DNA of 64,000 bases, from positions 5,586 to 69,585 of the IMG/VR virus record IMGVR_UViG_3300029297_000002; one strand, 5' to 3'. Positions 9,362-18,893 of this stretch are shown here, in pieces. The notes beneath the pieces were generated by a model. The model worked only from the letters and a program-made list of their open reading frames with translations. It was not told the DNA's origin and did no database searches. This DNA is from a virus. Its lineage: Duplodnaviria; Caudoviricetes. A program made the position numbers and the translations under genes. The number at the start of each line of letters is the position of its first letter. Position 1 is the first letter of the stretch.

Positions 9362-10459
9362 ATGGCTACAATCAATTTTGCCGGTAACACTTATGCGGGC
9401 GAGGTACTTGAAGACCTCCTTGTTTACACCGCGAAGGGGAATGAGACCTATGAGGCCGGTCTTATTCATGTGAAGCCCGGTATTCAGAAACGCTACGTTT
9501 TGCCTCACATTCAGTTGGGCTCCATCATTCAGGACAACAAGCCTACACCGACCTCTACCGAGGGCGCTGCCAATGACACAACCGGTTTCAACCAGTATAA
9601 GCTGTCTGAGCGTTACCTCGACCCGCAGGATTTCATGGTTTACCTTGAGTTCAATCCTCGCGATTTTGAGGAGTATTGGCGCTTTGCTCAGCCTGAAGGA
9701 CCTCTCGTTTTCCGCGAACTTGACCCCGCTGTTCAGAAGACGATGCTTCGTCTGTTGCTTGACAAGAAAGACCAGTACATCAATGATTGTATTTGGTGTG
9801 GCAAGAAAGGTGGCATAGACGCAAATATCACAGCTCCTGTTGGGGCTACCACCCTCGGTGGCGCTTCTGCTGCTGGGTTGATGAAGTACTTTGACGGCGC
9901 ACTTGCTCGCATACTTGCCAACCTCAAAGCTCAGGCTGCAACCGCTCCTACTGATGCAGACAAGAACGAACTGGCTTCCGGTAAGGTCGTATTGGCTGGT
10001 TCTACTGCCTTCAGCACTGGTAAAGACGTAGAAGATGCTCTTTATGCGATTTGGAAGAAGACTCCTTCCAATATTCGTAAGTCCAAGAAGCTCAAGTTCG
10101 TCATGGGCTGGGACATTTGGGATCTGTACGACCAGTACCTGACCACTCAGAAGGATTACAAGTATGTAGAGAACCCCGACGTCAACAAGCGTACCTTCAA
10201 GGGTAAGGAAATCGTTGTCATTGACGGTATTCCGGAATCGACCATCTTCTTCGGTAAGTTCTCTACCGACCAGGATTCTTGCCTCTGGATGGCCATCGAC
10301 TACAGTACTGATGAAGAGTCCGTGAAGGTTGAACGCCTTCAGGCTAACTCTGAGATGTACTTCTTCCAGATGCGTCTCAAGATGGACGTCAACCTTGTTC
10401 GTCCGGGCGAGATTATTGTTTGGACTCCGTACAAGAATGGAACAACTACAGGCGGTTAA
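9362..10459 (+). CDS. Major capsid protein
   Basis: 365 aa, directly after the protease/scaffold, strongly biased (high-expression-like) codons, followed by a terminator. Confidence 0.8.
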   Translation: MATINFAGNTYAGEVLEDLLVYTAKGNETYEAGLIHVKPGIQKRYVLPHIQLGSIIQDNKPTPTSTEGAANDTTGFNQYKLSERYLDPQDFMVYLEFNPRDFEEYWRFAQPEGPLVFRELDPAVQKTMLRLLLDKKDQYINDCIWCGKKGGIDANITAPVGATTLGGASAAGLMKYFDGALARILANLKAQAATAPTDADKNELASGKVVLAGSTAFSTGKDVEDALYAIWKKTPSNIRKSKKLKFVMGWDIWDLYDQYLTTQKDYKYVENPDVNKRTFKGKEIVVIDGIPESTIFFGKFSTDQDSCLWMAIDYSTDEESVKVERLQANSEMYFFQMRLKMDVNLVRPGEIIVWTPYKNGTTTGG

Positions 10460-10494
10460 AGAGATGTTGAATCACGAAGTGTAATTGTATCATC

Positions 10495-10534
10495 AAAAGA
10501 GGAGTGGAGATACCGAAACTCCATTCCTCTTTTT
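10495..10534 (+). terminator. Intrinsic terminator after capsid gene
   Basis: AAAAGAGGAGTGGAG/CTCCATTCCTCTTTT stem (one G-U pair) ending in a T run. Confidence 0.75.
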
Positions 10535-10559
10535 AATTGTAACTCAATAAAATAATCTT

Positions 10560-10901
10560 ATGGCTAAAATAAAGAAGTCCGAAGACAATGCGCCGGTTGC
10601 TGAACAGGCAATTGCACAAGAAGTCGAGGCCACAAAAGAAAATACAGAGGTCGAAAAGACTGAAGTGGTTGAGCCTGAAACAGAGGCTACAAAAGTTGAA
10701 GATTCTGCTAAGGAAGAGAAAGATGAAGCCAGTGCTAAATCACAGGACGATATTCCCGAATACGTGCTCGCCTATCTGAAGAATCATACAGAAGAGAAGG
10801 CGGTGTATTTTGACAAACTGGGCGGTGTATTTTCAGCAGATACTCCGAAAGTTTTCCTGAAGGATGCAGTCCTCTACCAAAATCCATTTTGCAAACAATA
10901 A
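10560..10901 (+). CDS. Acidic hypothetical virion-associated protein
   Basis: 113 aa with a Glu/Lys-rich N-terminus, between capsid and sheath genes. Confidence 0.65.
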   Translation: MAKIKKSEDNAPVAEQAIAQEVEATKENTEVEKTEVVEPETEATKVEDSAKEEKDEASAKSQDDIPEYVLAYLKNHTEEKAVYFDKLGGVFSADTPKVFLKDAVLYQNPFCKQ

Positions 10902-10913
10902 AACTATCATACA

Positions 10914-12248
10914 ATGGCATTAGGAAATGTTTTTATGAGAGACACGGACGGCAATATTCCGGTATTGCGCTCCAACACCATTGAAAATGTGTGTGGTCTC
11001 ATTTTTGACATCTCTGGTCAGACTAACTTTTGGACTACCGGCGGTGGGGCAAACATCGCAGATACTTGGAAGGACAAGGTGATAGAGTTGAACAGCCTTA
11101 ATGATGCAATAGAGGCTGGTATTACCGCTTATACTGGAGAAGTTGATAGCGAAACCAATGCCAGCACCGATGTATTGGCAGGTATTCCTTACTATCACAT
11201 TCGCCAGTTCTTCAACATGGCCGGTGGAAGCGGTCGTCTGTTCGTGATGTTTGCAGATTGTTCTAATGACTGGAACGCCATCATTGAGATGCAGCGTGCA
11301 GCCAGTGGTGCAATCTTCCAGATTGGCGTATGGACAGAGCAACAGCTTTGGACTAAGCCTGATGAGAGTGCAAACGCTTACTCTATCGGTCTTGTGGCCG
11401 ACATCAACCGTGCAGCTATTGAGCTTGCTGATGAGTATTTCGCCCCTGCTTCAATTTTGCTTTGCGCAAACACATCAAAGGTCAAGATTGGCACTACCAC
11501 TTCCAATAAGATTGCTGTCAGTCAGATTCCTTCTTGTGTAGTTGACGCTCGTTACGTGACTGTGCTTTTATCTCAGTCAATGGAAGAAGATGTTCGCCGT
11601 ATGCAAGCATCGCTTGAATCTACGACTCCTGTCGGCGTTGTAGGACTTGCATTGGGTACTCTGACTCAGGCTGGCGTTGGTGAGTCTATCGGCTGGGTTC
11701 GTCAGTTTGACCTTGTAAACTATGTTCCGGCAATCGAAATGGGATTTGGCGACTCCACTGTTGTTGATGGACTCATCACCAATGGCTTGAGTTATTCGGC
11801 ACTGAGCAAGTCTCAGCTCAATGCACTGGAAGAGGCTGGTTATGTGTTTGTACGCTCTTTCGAGGGACTGGAAGGACACACATACTTTGCTAACGACCAC
11901 ACTTGTTCTGCTGGTGATTTCTGTACCATTTCACGTAACAGAACTATCAACAAGTCTCGTCGCCTTATTCGTATCGCCTTGCTGCCTTACGTGAACTCAC
12001 CGATCAAAGTTGACCCCTCTAATGGCAATCTGTCTTCTGCTCAGGTTACTGTTTTCGAGAACCTTCTCAAAGACATTCTGAATGAGATGGAGAGTGCAGA
12101 GGAAATCAGTGGAACAGCTTTCGTAACCGTTCCTGCTGAACAGAATATTCTTGTCACCAAAAAGCTGACCCTCTCGTATGGTATCGTGCCGATGGGCTGT
12201 GCAGAGTCTATCGAGGTTACGGAAGGTCTTTACGTTAGTCAGCAGTAA
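10914..12248 (+). CDS. Contractile tail sheath protein (DUF2586-like)
   Basis: 444 aa; YYHIRQFF, LEEAGYVF..YFANDHT, RNRTINKSRR, IVPMG; precedes a tube-sized gene. Confidence 0.8.
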   Translation: MALGNVFMRDTDGNIPVLRSNTIENVCGLIFDISGQTNFWTTGGGANIADTWKDKVIELNSLNDAIEAGITAYTGEVDSETNASTDVLAGIPYYHIRQFFNMAGGSGRLFVMFADCSNDWNAIIEMQRAASGAIFQIGVWTEQQLWTKPDESANAYSIGLVADINRAAIELADEYFAPASILLCANTSKVKIGTTTSNKIAVSQIPSCVVDARYVTVLLSQSMEEDVRRMQASLESTTPVGVVGLALGTLTQAGVGESIGWVRQFDLVNYVPAIEMGFGDSTVVDGLITNGLSYSALSKSQLNALEEAGYVFVRSFEGLEGHTYFANDHTCSAGDFCTISRNRTINKSRRLIRIALLPYVNSPIKVDPSNGNLSSAQVTVFENLLKDILNEMESAEEISGTAFVTVPAEQNILVTKKLTLSYGIVPMGCAESIEVTEGLYVSQQ

Positions 12249-12266
12249 TAAAAATTACATACGACA

Positions 12267-12716
12267 ATGATTATCAATAACGTAGCCTATTCATGGGCAA
12301 TGGTTCAGCTGACATCCTTGGCACTTACGGGGTCAGCAAACCCTAATCCAATCATCCTTCAGGGTGTGACCGCTATCAAGTGGAACAAAAAGAAGAAGGT
12401 TGAGACCAATTATGGTCTTGGAGGTGAGCCGGTAAATCGTGGTTTTGGTAACACTGAGTACACTGCTCAGATTACGATGGACTACAATACTCAGGTTCAG
12501 CTGCGAGCACTCAAAGGCTCTTTGATGGCTCTGGGCGAATTTGATCTTGTGTTGTCTTTCGCAAACGAGTTCAATTCTCAGGATTTCTCTACAGAAACTG
12601 TGACTCTGAAGGGCTGTCTTTTCAACGAGGACGGCATGGAGGTATCACAGGATGACACCAACATCACCAAAGAGTTCGAGCTTAACCCCTTCAAAATTGA
12701 ACTGAGCACTAAATAA
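12267..12716 (+). CDS. Tail tube protein
   Basis: 149 aa after the sheath; YSWA, YGLGGEPVNRGFGN, TVTLKGCLF. Confidence 0.8.
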   Translation: MIINNVAYSWAMVQLTSLALTGSANPNPIILQGVTAIKWNKKKKVETNYGLGGEPVNRGFGNTEYTAQITMDYNTQVQLRALKGSLMALGEFDLVLSFANEFNSQDFSTETVTLKGCLFNEDGMEVSQDDTNITKEFELNPFKIELSTK

Positions 12717-12748
12717 TTTTCTTCCATAGGATTTATTAGAGTGAACGG

Positions 12749-12784
12749 ATGCGGCGCCAGCAATGATTCTGGTGCCGCATTTTT
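12749..12784 (+). terminator. Intrinsic terminator after tube gene
   Basis: ATGCGGCGCCAG/CTGGTGCCGCAT stem followed by a T run. Confidence 0.8.
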
Positions 12785-12819
12785 CTTGAAGATTTTCACT
12801 CCTTTGAATAAGTGATGCC

Positions 12820-12827
12820 CTATTCTA
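12820..12827 (+). promoter_or_regulatory. Putative late promoter motif CTATTCTA (copy 3, chaperone)
   Basis: Just after a terminator, 41 nt before ATG 12861; TTTCAC ends 20 nt upstream. Confidence 0.45.
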
Positions 12828-12860
12828 TATTGAGTATCAACTTTAATTTATAAATGAATC

Positions 12861-13256
12861 ATGGAAGAAGAAAAAACTCTTGAGCTTCAGACCATCGAAG
12901 AACTCGATCCCAAGCTCCGTGCAGCCGTTGAAAAGAAGGTTGCAGACCTGAAAGCAAATAACCCCAAAGCAAAGATTTTTCCGCTTATGGTGGACGGTGA
13001 TCCGGACGATGAAAAGGACGTATATATCGGCTACTTCTGCCAGCCTTCGTTCATCACGTTCTCCAAGTACATGACTTTCGCACAGAAAGATCAGGCTTCG
13101 GCTATGCGTCAGCTTGCGCGTGACTGTTTCTTGGATGGCGACAAGGAACTCATTGATGACGACTCTCTGTTCCTCTTCGGTCTTATGGGTCAGCTGAACA
13201 ACATCATTCAGATGCGCGGCGGTCGTGTCATAAATTTATCGAAACCTGGGAAGTAA
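12861..13256 (+). CDS. Tail assembly chaperone (lambda gpG equivalent)
   Basis: Between tube and tape measure genes, with a slippery site near its 3' end. Confidence 0.8.
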   Translation: MEEEKTLELQTIEELDPKLRAAVEKKVADLKANNPKAKIFPLMVDGDPDDEKDVYIGYFCQPSFITFSKYMTFAQKDQASAMRQLARDCFLDGDKELIDDDSLFLFGLMGQLNNIIQMRGGRVINLSKPGK

Positions 13257-13423
13257 GAGAGGACGACTATTTCCGTCAAAAGATAATTCTCTTGCGACAT
13301 TACTTTCCAGGTGTTAATATCGATGACCTTGATGAAGAAGATTTTGCCAGGCTGGTGTGCGATGCGGAGTGGATGCACAGTCAAATGGTCATCACCAGAC
13401 ACGCAAATGCTTTAGGATTGTAA
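13232..13423 (+). CDS. -1 frameshift extension of tail chaperone (gpGT equivalent, about 187-aa fusion)
   Basis: In-frame A AAT TTA (13232-13238). The -1 frame reads FIETWEVREDDYFRQKIILLRHYFPGVNIDDLDEEDFARLVCDAEWMHSQMVITRHANALGL* with no early start codon of its own. Downstream stem 13244-13256/13300-13312. Confidence 0.8.
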   Translation, partial: KFIETWEVREDDYFRQKIILLRHYFPGVNIDDLDEEDFARLVCDAEWMHSQMVITRHANALGL

Positions 13424-13442
13424 TTCGATAACTCGTTGAAAG

Positions 13443-13480
13443 GCCCCGTTACAAATATCGTGTAACGGGGCTAATCTTTT
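13443..13480 (+). terminator. Hairpin/terminator before tape measure gene
   Basis: 11-bp perfect stem GCCCCGTTACA/TGTAACGGGGC followed by TAATCTTTT. Confidence 0.65.
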
Positions 13481-13502
13481 CCCCATGCCTCATCTCCTAT
13501 CT

Positions 13503-13510
13503 CTATTCTT
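13503..13510 (+). promoter_or_regulatory. Putative late promoter motif CTATTCTT (copy 4, tape measure)
   Basis: After a terminator, 28 nt before ATG 13531. Confidence 0.55.
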
Positions 13511-13530
13511 TGTAAAAGACTGATTCGATT

Positions 13531-16500
13531 ATGACCGGACAAACATATCAAGTCAATTATATTGTAAATGTTGATGCAGCCAACGCTCAATCCGCAATCA
13601 ATTCGTTTAAGCGGGCCGTTGCATCAATGGATAAGGCTACGAAACCAATAACGGATTTACAGCGTAAAGTCCGTGGTCTCGTGGAGACTATGAGTGCGCT
13701 TAATCGGGGTAAATACTCGGTTAAGATTGATACTCGTCCAGCCACTCAAAAGATTGGCAAGCTGATTCGCGCTTTGCAAATGGCAAAAGTCGAAGTGCAA
13801 CAGCTTAATGCAATGGGTGTGACTTTAGGAGGTGTTGGCAATAAGAAAAGAACAGCATCTCGTACTGCCGTTACCGCCGCACCTATTGGCGGTTCCAGTT
13901 CGCGTACAAGGACAGCGCCTTCACGCTCATCCAGTACGACCACAGCAGCTACAAGGCGTTACGCAACCTCAGTTATGCGACACCCAACTAATCTTGGATA
14001 TAAGCTTTGGGGTCCTACTCCGCTTCCTAATAATGGCGGTATGGCTATTGATATGCTCAAGGGTATGGGTATTGCCTATGGTATCGCAGGAGCTGGTATG
14101 CTGGTTTCTGATGTCGTAAATCAGGCTTCTGAGTATGACAATGCAATGAAGACTGTTGAGAACATTTTGAAATCTCACGACACTGCCGAAAATTTCGCTG
14201 GCAGGTTTGCGCAAATGACTCAGGTAGTCCGTAATGTCGGCATGAAGACTAAGTTCAAAGTTACAGAAGTTGCAGATGCCGCTAAGTTTCTTGCAATGGC
14301 CGGGTTCAATGCTGATGCTATTCAGCAAGCAATTAGTCCTATTGCAGACATTGCATTGGTCGGTGATACCGAGCTTGGTAAAACTGCGGACTTGGTCACA
14401 AACATTATGACCGCTTACAACATTGCGCCAAATCGGATGCGTAATGCAGCGGACATTATGACCAACACATTCACCATGTCAAACACTACTTTGACGGAGA
14501 TTGCTGAAGCTTATAAATATGCAGCATCACTTCTGTCTGCTGGTGATGTGTCTTTTGAAGAGGCTACTGCTGCTATTGGTGTGTTAGGAGACGCTGGCAT
14601 AAAGGGCTCTCAGGCTGGTACAACCATGCGTACCATTATGGCGAACATTGCTAATCCAACTAAAAAGCAGCTTGAAGGTTGGGAAGGTATTGGCGTTAGT
14701 TTGACAGACAAAAAAGGTAAGAGAAAAGACATTCTTCAGATATTCCAAGAACTTAATACAAAGAATCTGGACGTTGATGCTTTCTACCGTATATTTCATA
14801 AAACAGCAGCTTCTGGAGCAGTGGCTCTTGCTGCTCATGTAGATAAATGGGAAAAGGTTTATTTGGAAAACTTTTTGGCCGGTGGGATGACACGCCGTTT
14901 GGCAGAAGAAAAACAAAACACATTTCAAGGACTATGGGCACAACTCGTTTCTGTGTTCACAGATCAAGGCGTAACTGCATTTAATGGTGTGCAGGGGGCC
15001 TTACGTGGTTGGATGAAGATGGCAATCAATTGGATGGATCCGAACAAGAACCCTGATGCACAGAAGGTGTTTAAGGAAGTGGCTAATAGTCTGATGGAGT
15101 TTATTCAGATTTTGATAGATGCTTCTAAATGGTTTGTTTGGTTCTTTGATAAATTTGGTGGCCTCGTCAAGACATGGGCTAAGTTTCAGTTGATGATTTG
15201 GCCCGTCGTCAAAGCTGTAACGGCTCTTAGGAGTGTATTTCTTGGACTCTTGGGTTTAAGGAAGGTAGGCAGTGTACTTATTGGGCTGTCTGGTGTATTT
15301 GGCAATCTTAATAAGAGGTTACTTGTTTTAGGCACTACTTTAGGGCAAGGTGGGTGGTTTAAGCAAAGATTGGGTAATGTAGTAACTGCTATTGGAAACA
15401 CAGTCCCTGTAGCAGCACCTGGCAGTATGTTAAATACGGGTCAGTTATCTGCATTTGGAGTTCCTATGGGTATAGCGGGGTTTGCTCCATTGTCATATAA
15501 ACAGTACATGAAAGCAGCTAAAGGCTTGGATTTGTCCAGACCTCATGCTTCAACCAGTGGCTATTATCTTAACAGAATAGACAATCTTGGAAGAGAGGCA
15601 GAAGTAGCTGCATGGAACTCTGGGGTGTATCAGGCTCGCCAAGCAGAAGATGCAGCTGCACTAAAGCGATATAAGCAGAATCAAAAGACGTTCAACAAGC
15701 GTGTTCGCAACATGCAAATCAAGAATGGTCTTAAAGGGTTTGGCAAAATGGGAGTTGGTGCAGCCGTTATGGGTCTTGGTATGCACCAGATGACAAAAGA
15801 AAATGCAAATGGCTTGGATGTTGCTTCTGGAGGACTCTTTGCTGCGGCAGGAATGGCTGCAATGGTTGGAGGCCCTATTGGGTGGATAGCCGCCGCAGGT
15901 TTGGCTCTTGGTGGATTAGGTGCATCTTTAGCCAGTTTCAATCAGAACCTTGATGCTCTTTCTGGATTTGTTAATGATTTCTCTAATAGCCATCAACTTC
16001 TTGACGGCGCTTTATTGAATGGCAATACTCGTACTGAGCGTTATCTTGAATTTGTGTGGCGTAAGAATTACGATATAAACGACCTAATTCAGCGCCGTGT
16101 TGAATTGATGACAGAGTTGCTGGGCATTGAGACACCAAATGCGACTACTACAAAAGATGTTGGCAATGAAATGTATAAAACTATGTATGAGAAGTTTTAT
16201 GCAGCTGACTCTATGTGGGGTAGCCGTGGTGCAGCTTCTCGTGCAGCCGAACTCTTTAATAAATACGGTCAGGAATTTGGGTTATCAGTTCGTAATTACA
16301 ATGGCGATTGGTATTATCAAGATGCTAATGGAAAGTATATTAGGTTTGCTAACCCTAAAGGTTCATCCGACACCAACGATGCTGTTATGTATGATGTGGC
16401 TGCGGCAATGGAACTGCTACATGGACAGTATCGTTCAAAAATTATGGACGAGAATCAGCATCATTTGGCTCAGATGCTTTATGGAAAAGCTACTGTTGAA

Positions 16501-17769
16501 GACGCGAAGAATTGGCGTGATACGTTTGCCGCCACATACGGTCCCGCTTCATGGACAACTCTGATTCGCCCGGATCAGTGGAATGAAGATACTGATGTCG
16601 CTAAATATTGGTCTGGAGAAGACATTGCTAAGTCATATATGGGTGCTCAGCTTCTTTGGAAATCAATGTACCAAATGGTTGAGGCTCAAAATGCTATTGC
16701 CGATTTCAAAGAGAAATTAGCCGCTGGTAATTTGACAGAAAATGATGTAGTTCGGGCATTGCGATGGGGTGACTATGATGTTCTCGGTCAGACATTGGCT
16801 GACTATAATCCAAATGATGTTACCAGTTGGTTTCGTAATATGGGCTATGCTGGCGATGGTATATGGCGTGACCCTTCAGGTCGTAAAACGCCAGAAGTTA
16901 TGGCTCAAACCGCTGCCGGTCAGATGCAACGTCTTTTGGAATCTATCCAGAAGCTTGGGCTTGAAGCAGATCCATCCACTCAGGCACTCCAGACATACGC
17001 CAATACATTGCTTACATTAGCTCAATCGTTTATGGGCTCTAATGAGGCACTGTCTGGTTCACATGATGGAGAAATAAAAGAACTGAATGGTCAGAAATGG
17101 CGTTGGAACGCGACCACTAAACAATGGGAACTTATCAATGACAATAATCAGCCAGCTCAGATTTCACAGGGATTGGTGGATATGTCTAACAATATGAATA
17201 CGTTGTTGACAGCCGTTCAAAATGTCAATTCACAATGGCCTACTTTATTTCCTACTATTTATCAATCAAATGCAGGTTGGGCTTACAATAACACCAGTCC
17301 TTATAACTGGGGCGATATTACTACAAATGGCATGTTGTTGAATCCTTTGTCAAATTCAAACAACGAGCAACAATTTAGTTGTTGGCCCACATGGAATGGG
17401 AGCAATAACTTGATGACACCTCAGATGAGTTATACGACAACAGGCATTACTATGACTCCTCAGCAGATGGGCAATGCTGTTGCAAAGCCTAATATGCCTG
17501 GAGTACAAACTGGATCTGGGCTTGGTACTAACGGCAAAGATGGGCATACTGGCACTAAATCATCAGATTATAAGTCTAATAAAAAGGAGCGTGCCATTCC
17601 AAAACAGATTAACATCAACATCCAGAATTTGATGAAGGTGGATTCAATTGATATGACCAACGAAAACAATGTTGCAATAATTGAGAAATTAAAAGAAAAA
17701 GTTGCCTACGCACTCTATGAAGCCGCTGCCGACGGAACAATGATGCTAAATGGCCTTTCAAACACATAA
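13531..17769 (+). CDS. Tail tape measure protein (TP901-family core)
   Basis: 1412 aa; EVADAAKFLAMAGF, LGDAGIKGSQAGTTMR; hydrophobic Gly/Ala segments. Confidence 0.93.
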   Translation: MTGQTYQVNYIVNVDAANAQSAINSFKRAVASMDKATKPITDLQRKVRGLVETMSALNRGKYSVKIDTRPATQKIGKLIRALQMAKVEVQQLNAMGVTLGGVGNKKRTASRTAVTAAPIGGSSSRTRTAPSRSSSTTTAATRRYATSVMRHPTNLGYKLWGPTPLPNNGGMAIDMLKGMGIAYGIAGAGMLVSDVVNQASEYDNAMKTVENILKSHDTAENFAGRFAQMTQVVRNVGMKTKFKVTEVADAAKFLAMAGFNADAIQQAISPIADIALVGDTELGKTADLVTNIMTAYNIAPNRMRNAADIMTNTFTMSNTTLTEIAEAYKYAASLLSAGDVSFEEATAAIGVLGDAGIKGSQAGTTMRTIMANIANPTKKQLEGWEGIGVSLTDKKGKRKDILQIFQELNTKNLDVDAFYRIFHKTAASGAVALAAHVDKWEKVYLENFLAGGMTRRLAEEKQNTFQGLWAQLVSVFTDQGVTAFNGVQGALRGWMKMAINWMDPNKNPDAQKVFKEVANSLMEFIQILIDASKWFVWFFDKFGGLVKTWAKFQLMIWPVVKAVTALRSVFLGLLGLRKVGSVLIGLSGVFGNLNKRLLVLGTTLGQGGWFKQRLGNVVTAIGNTVPVAAPGSMLNTGQLSAFGVPMGIAGFAPLSYKQYMKAAKGLDLSRPHASTSGYYLNRIDNLGREAEVAAWNSGVYQARQAEDAAALKRYKQNQKTFNKRVRNMQIKNGLKGFGKMGVGAAVMGLGMHQMTKENANGLDVASGGLFAAAGMAAMVGGPIGWIAAAGLALGGLGASLASFNQNLDALSGFVNDFSNSHQLLDGALLNGNTRTERYLEFVWRKNYDINDLIQRRVELMTELLGIETPNATTTKDVGNEMYKTMYEKFYAADSMWGSRGAASRAAELFNKYGQEFGLSVRNYNGDWYYQDANGKYIRFANPKGSSDTNDAVMYDVAAAMELLHGQYRSKIMDENQHHLAQMLYGKATVEDAKNWRDTFAATYGPASWTTLIRPDQWNEDTDVAKYWSGEDIAKSYMGAQLLWKSMYQMVEAQNAIADFKEKLAAGNLTENDVVRALRWGDYDVLGQTLADYNPNDVTSWFRNMGYAGDGIWRDPSGRKTPEVMAQTAAGQMQRLLESIQKLGLEADPSTQALQTYANTLLTLAQSFMGSNEALSGSHDGEIKELNGQKWRWNATTKQWELINDNNQPAQISQGLVDMSNNMNTLLTAVQNVNSQWPTLFPTIYQSNAGWAYNNTSPYNWGDITTNGMLLNPLSNSNNEQQFSCWPTWNGSNNLMTPQMSYTTTGITMTPQQMGNAVAKPNMPGVQTGSGLGTNGKDGHTGTKSSDYKSNKKERAIPKQININIQNLMKVDSIDMTNENNVAIIEKLKEKVAYALYEAAADGTMMLNGLSNT

Positions 17770-17772
17770 TGT

Positions 17773-18888
17773 ATGGGTTACTTTAATAGTGTATGGTCTA
17801 ACCTTGTATTTAACGCAGGAAATGCGACCTCTGAATTAGTAAGCAGCCTTAACTGGCGCTATCAAAAAACTCAGGGCGGTATTCAATATGTTTCCAGATC
17901 TGCGTATAAAAGTGCTTTGGTTCATGTAGCCAAGCAACTTGCCATGTCAACCTTGGAAGGAGAATTAAATAGCCTCCTTCCAAGGTATGAAAGATATGCT
18001 CGTGATAAGATGAGAGACGCGATGCGCGTTCAGCAAGAGGCTAATCGCAAAGTGCTTATCAATAATGGTAAAAAGTCCACTGAGGACTTTGGCTTCATTG
18101 TATGTGAGGGCGGGCATAAACTTATTGCCAAGACCAAGTACGGTACTCCAGTTCCTGAAGCTCTGATATTGTCTTTTGATGACCAAGAAAAGGTACATTA
18201 TGATGATGTGCTTTGGGATGAAAATACAGTGGAGTCTTATACAATCAAAAAGAAGAGTACGTTGGAAAAACTTTGGAATCCCGGAAATGAGATTGAGCAC
18301 AACCTCCAGTCTTCTAAGGCCGATCCTTTTGACACAAAGACGGTCTTTCATATCGACCTGGCTCCAAAAGTGTCGATGAATAGCAGTAAAAACGTAATCT
18401 TGACTCAAGTACAAGGCCGAGATTTCACTCGTAAAGAGTTGGTTTCTGGTGGTGATTTGACATATAACATAAGTGGCTCTATTGTATCAAATGATGAAGG
18501 TGTGTACCCGACCGAAGCAGTGAAACGCTTTGTGAAAATCATGCAATACAATGGAATTGTGAACGTGAATTTTATCACATTCGGATTGCTTGGTGTTACT
18601 CGTATCATCATCAAGGATTTCTCACTGGATGCAATCGAATACAAAAACATCCAGCCTTACAGTTTTACGTGTGTTGCGGTTGAGCCTGATGATGCAATTA
18701 CCATCCAGGCTGACACAATTGCTGCAATCAACAAAGACCTTGCAGAATCTCAATGGGACACTTGGTACAAGGCTATTCTTGATAACAAATTGGCTCAAAT
18801 GGCAGCTAAGACAGTTTTGAATGTTGCTACAAGTACAACGTCATCATTAACCGGCGCCGGCCTAGACGCATTACTTCCTAATATCTAA
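17773..18888 (+). CDS. Baseplate/tube initiator protein (DUF6046-like)
   Basis: After the tape measure gene; KNVILTQVQGRDFTRKELVSGGD motif. Confidence 0.55.
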   Translation: MGYFNSVWSNLVFNAGNATSELVSSLNWRYQKTQGGIQYVSRSAYKSALVHVAKQLAMSTLEGELNSLLPRYERYARDKMRDAMRVQQEANRKVLINNGKKSTEDFGFIVCEGGHKLIAKTKYGTPVPEALILSFDDQEKVHYDDVLWDENTVESYTIKKKSTLEKLWNPGNEIEHNLQSSKADPFDTKTVFHIDLAPKVSMNSSKNVILTQVQGRDFTRKELVSGGDLTYNISGSIVSNDEGVYPTEAVKRFVKIMQYNGIVNVNFITFGLLGVTRIIIKDFSLDAIEYKNIQPYSFTCVAVEPDDAITIQADTIAAINKDLAESQWDTWYKAILDNKLAQMAAKTVLNVATSTTSSLTGAGLDALLPNI

Positions 18889-18893
18889 ACATT

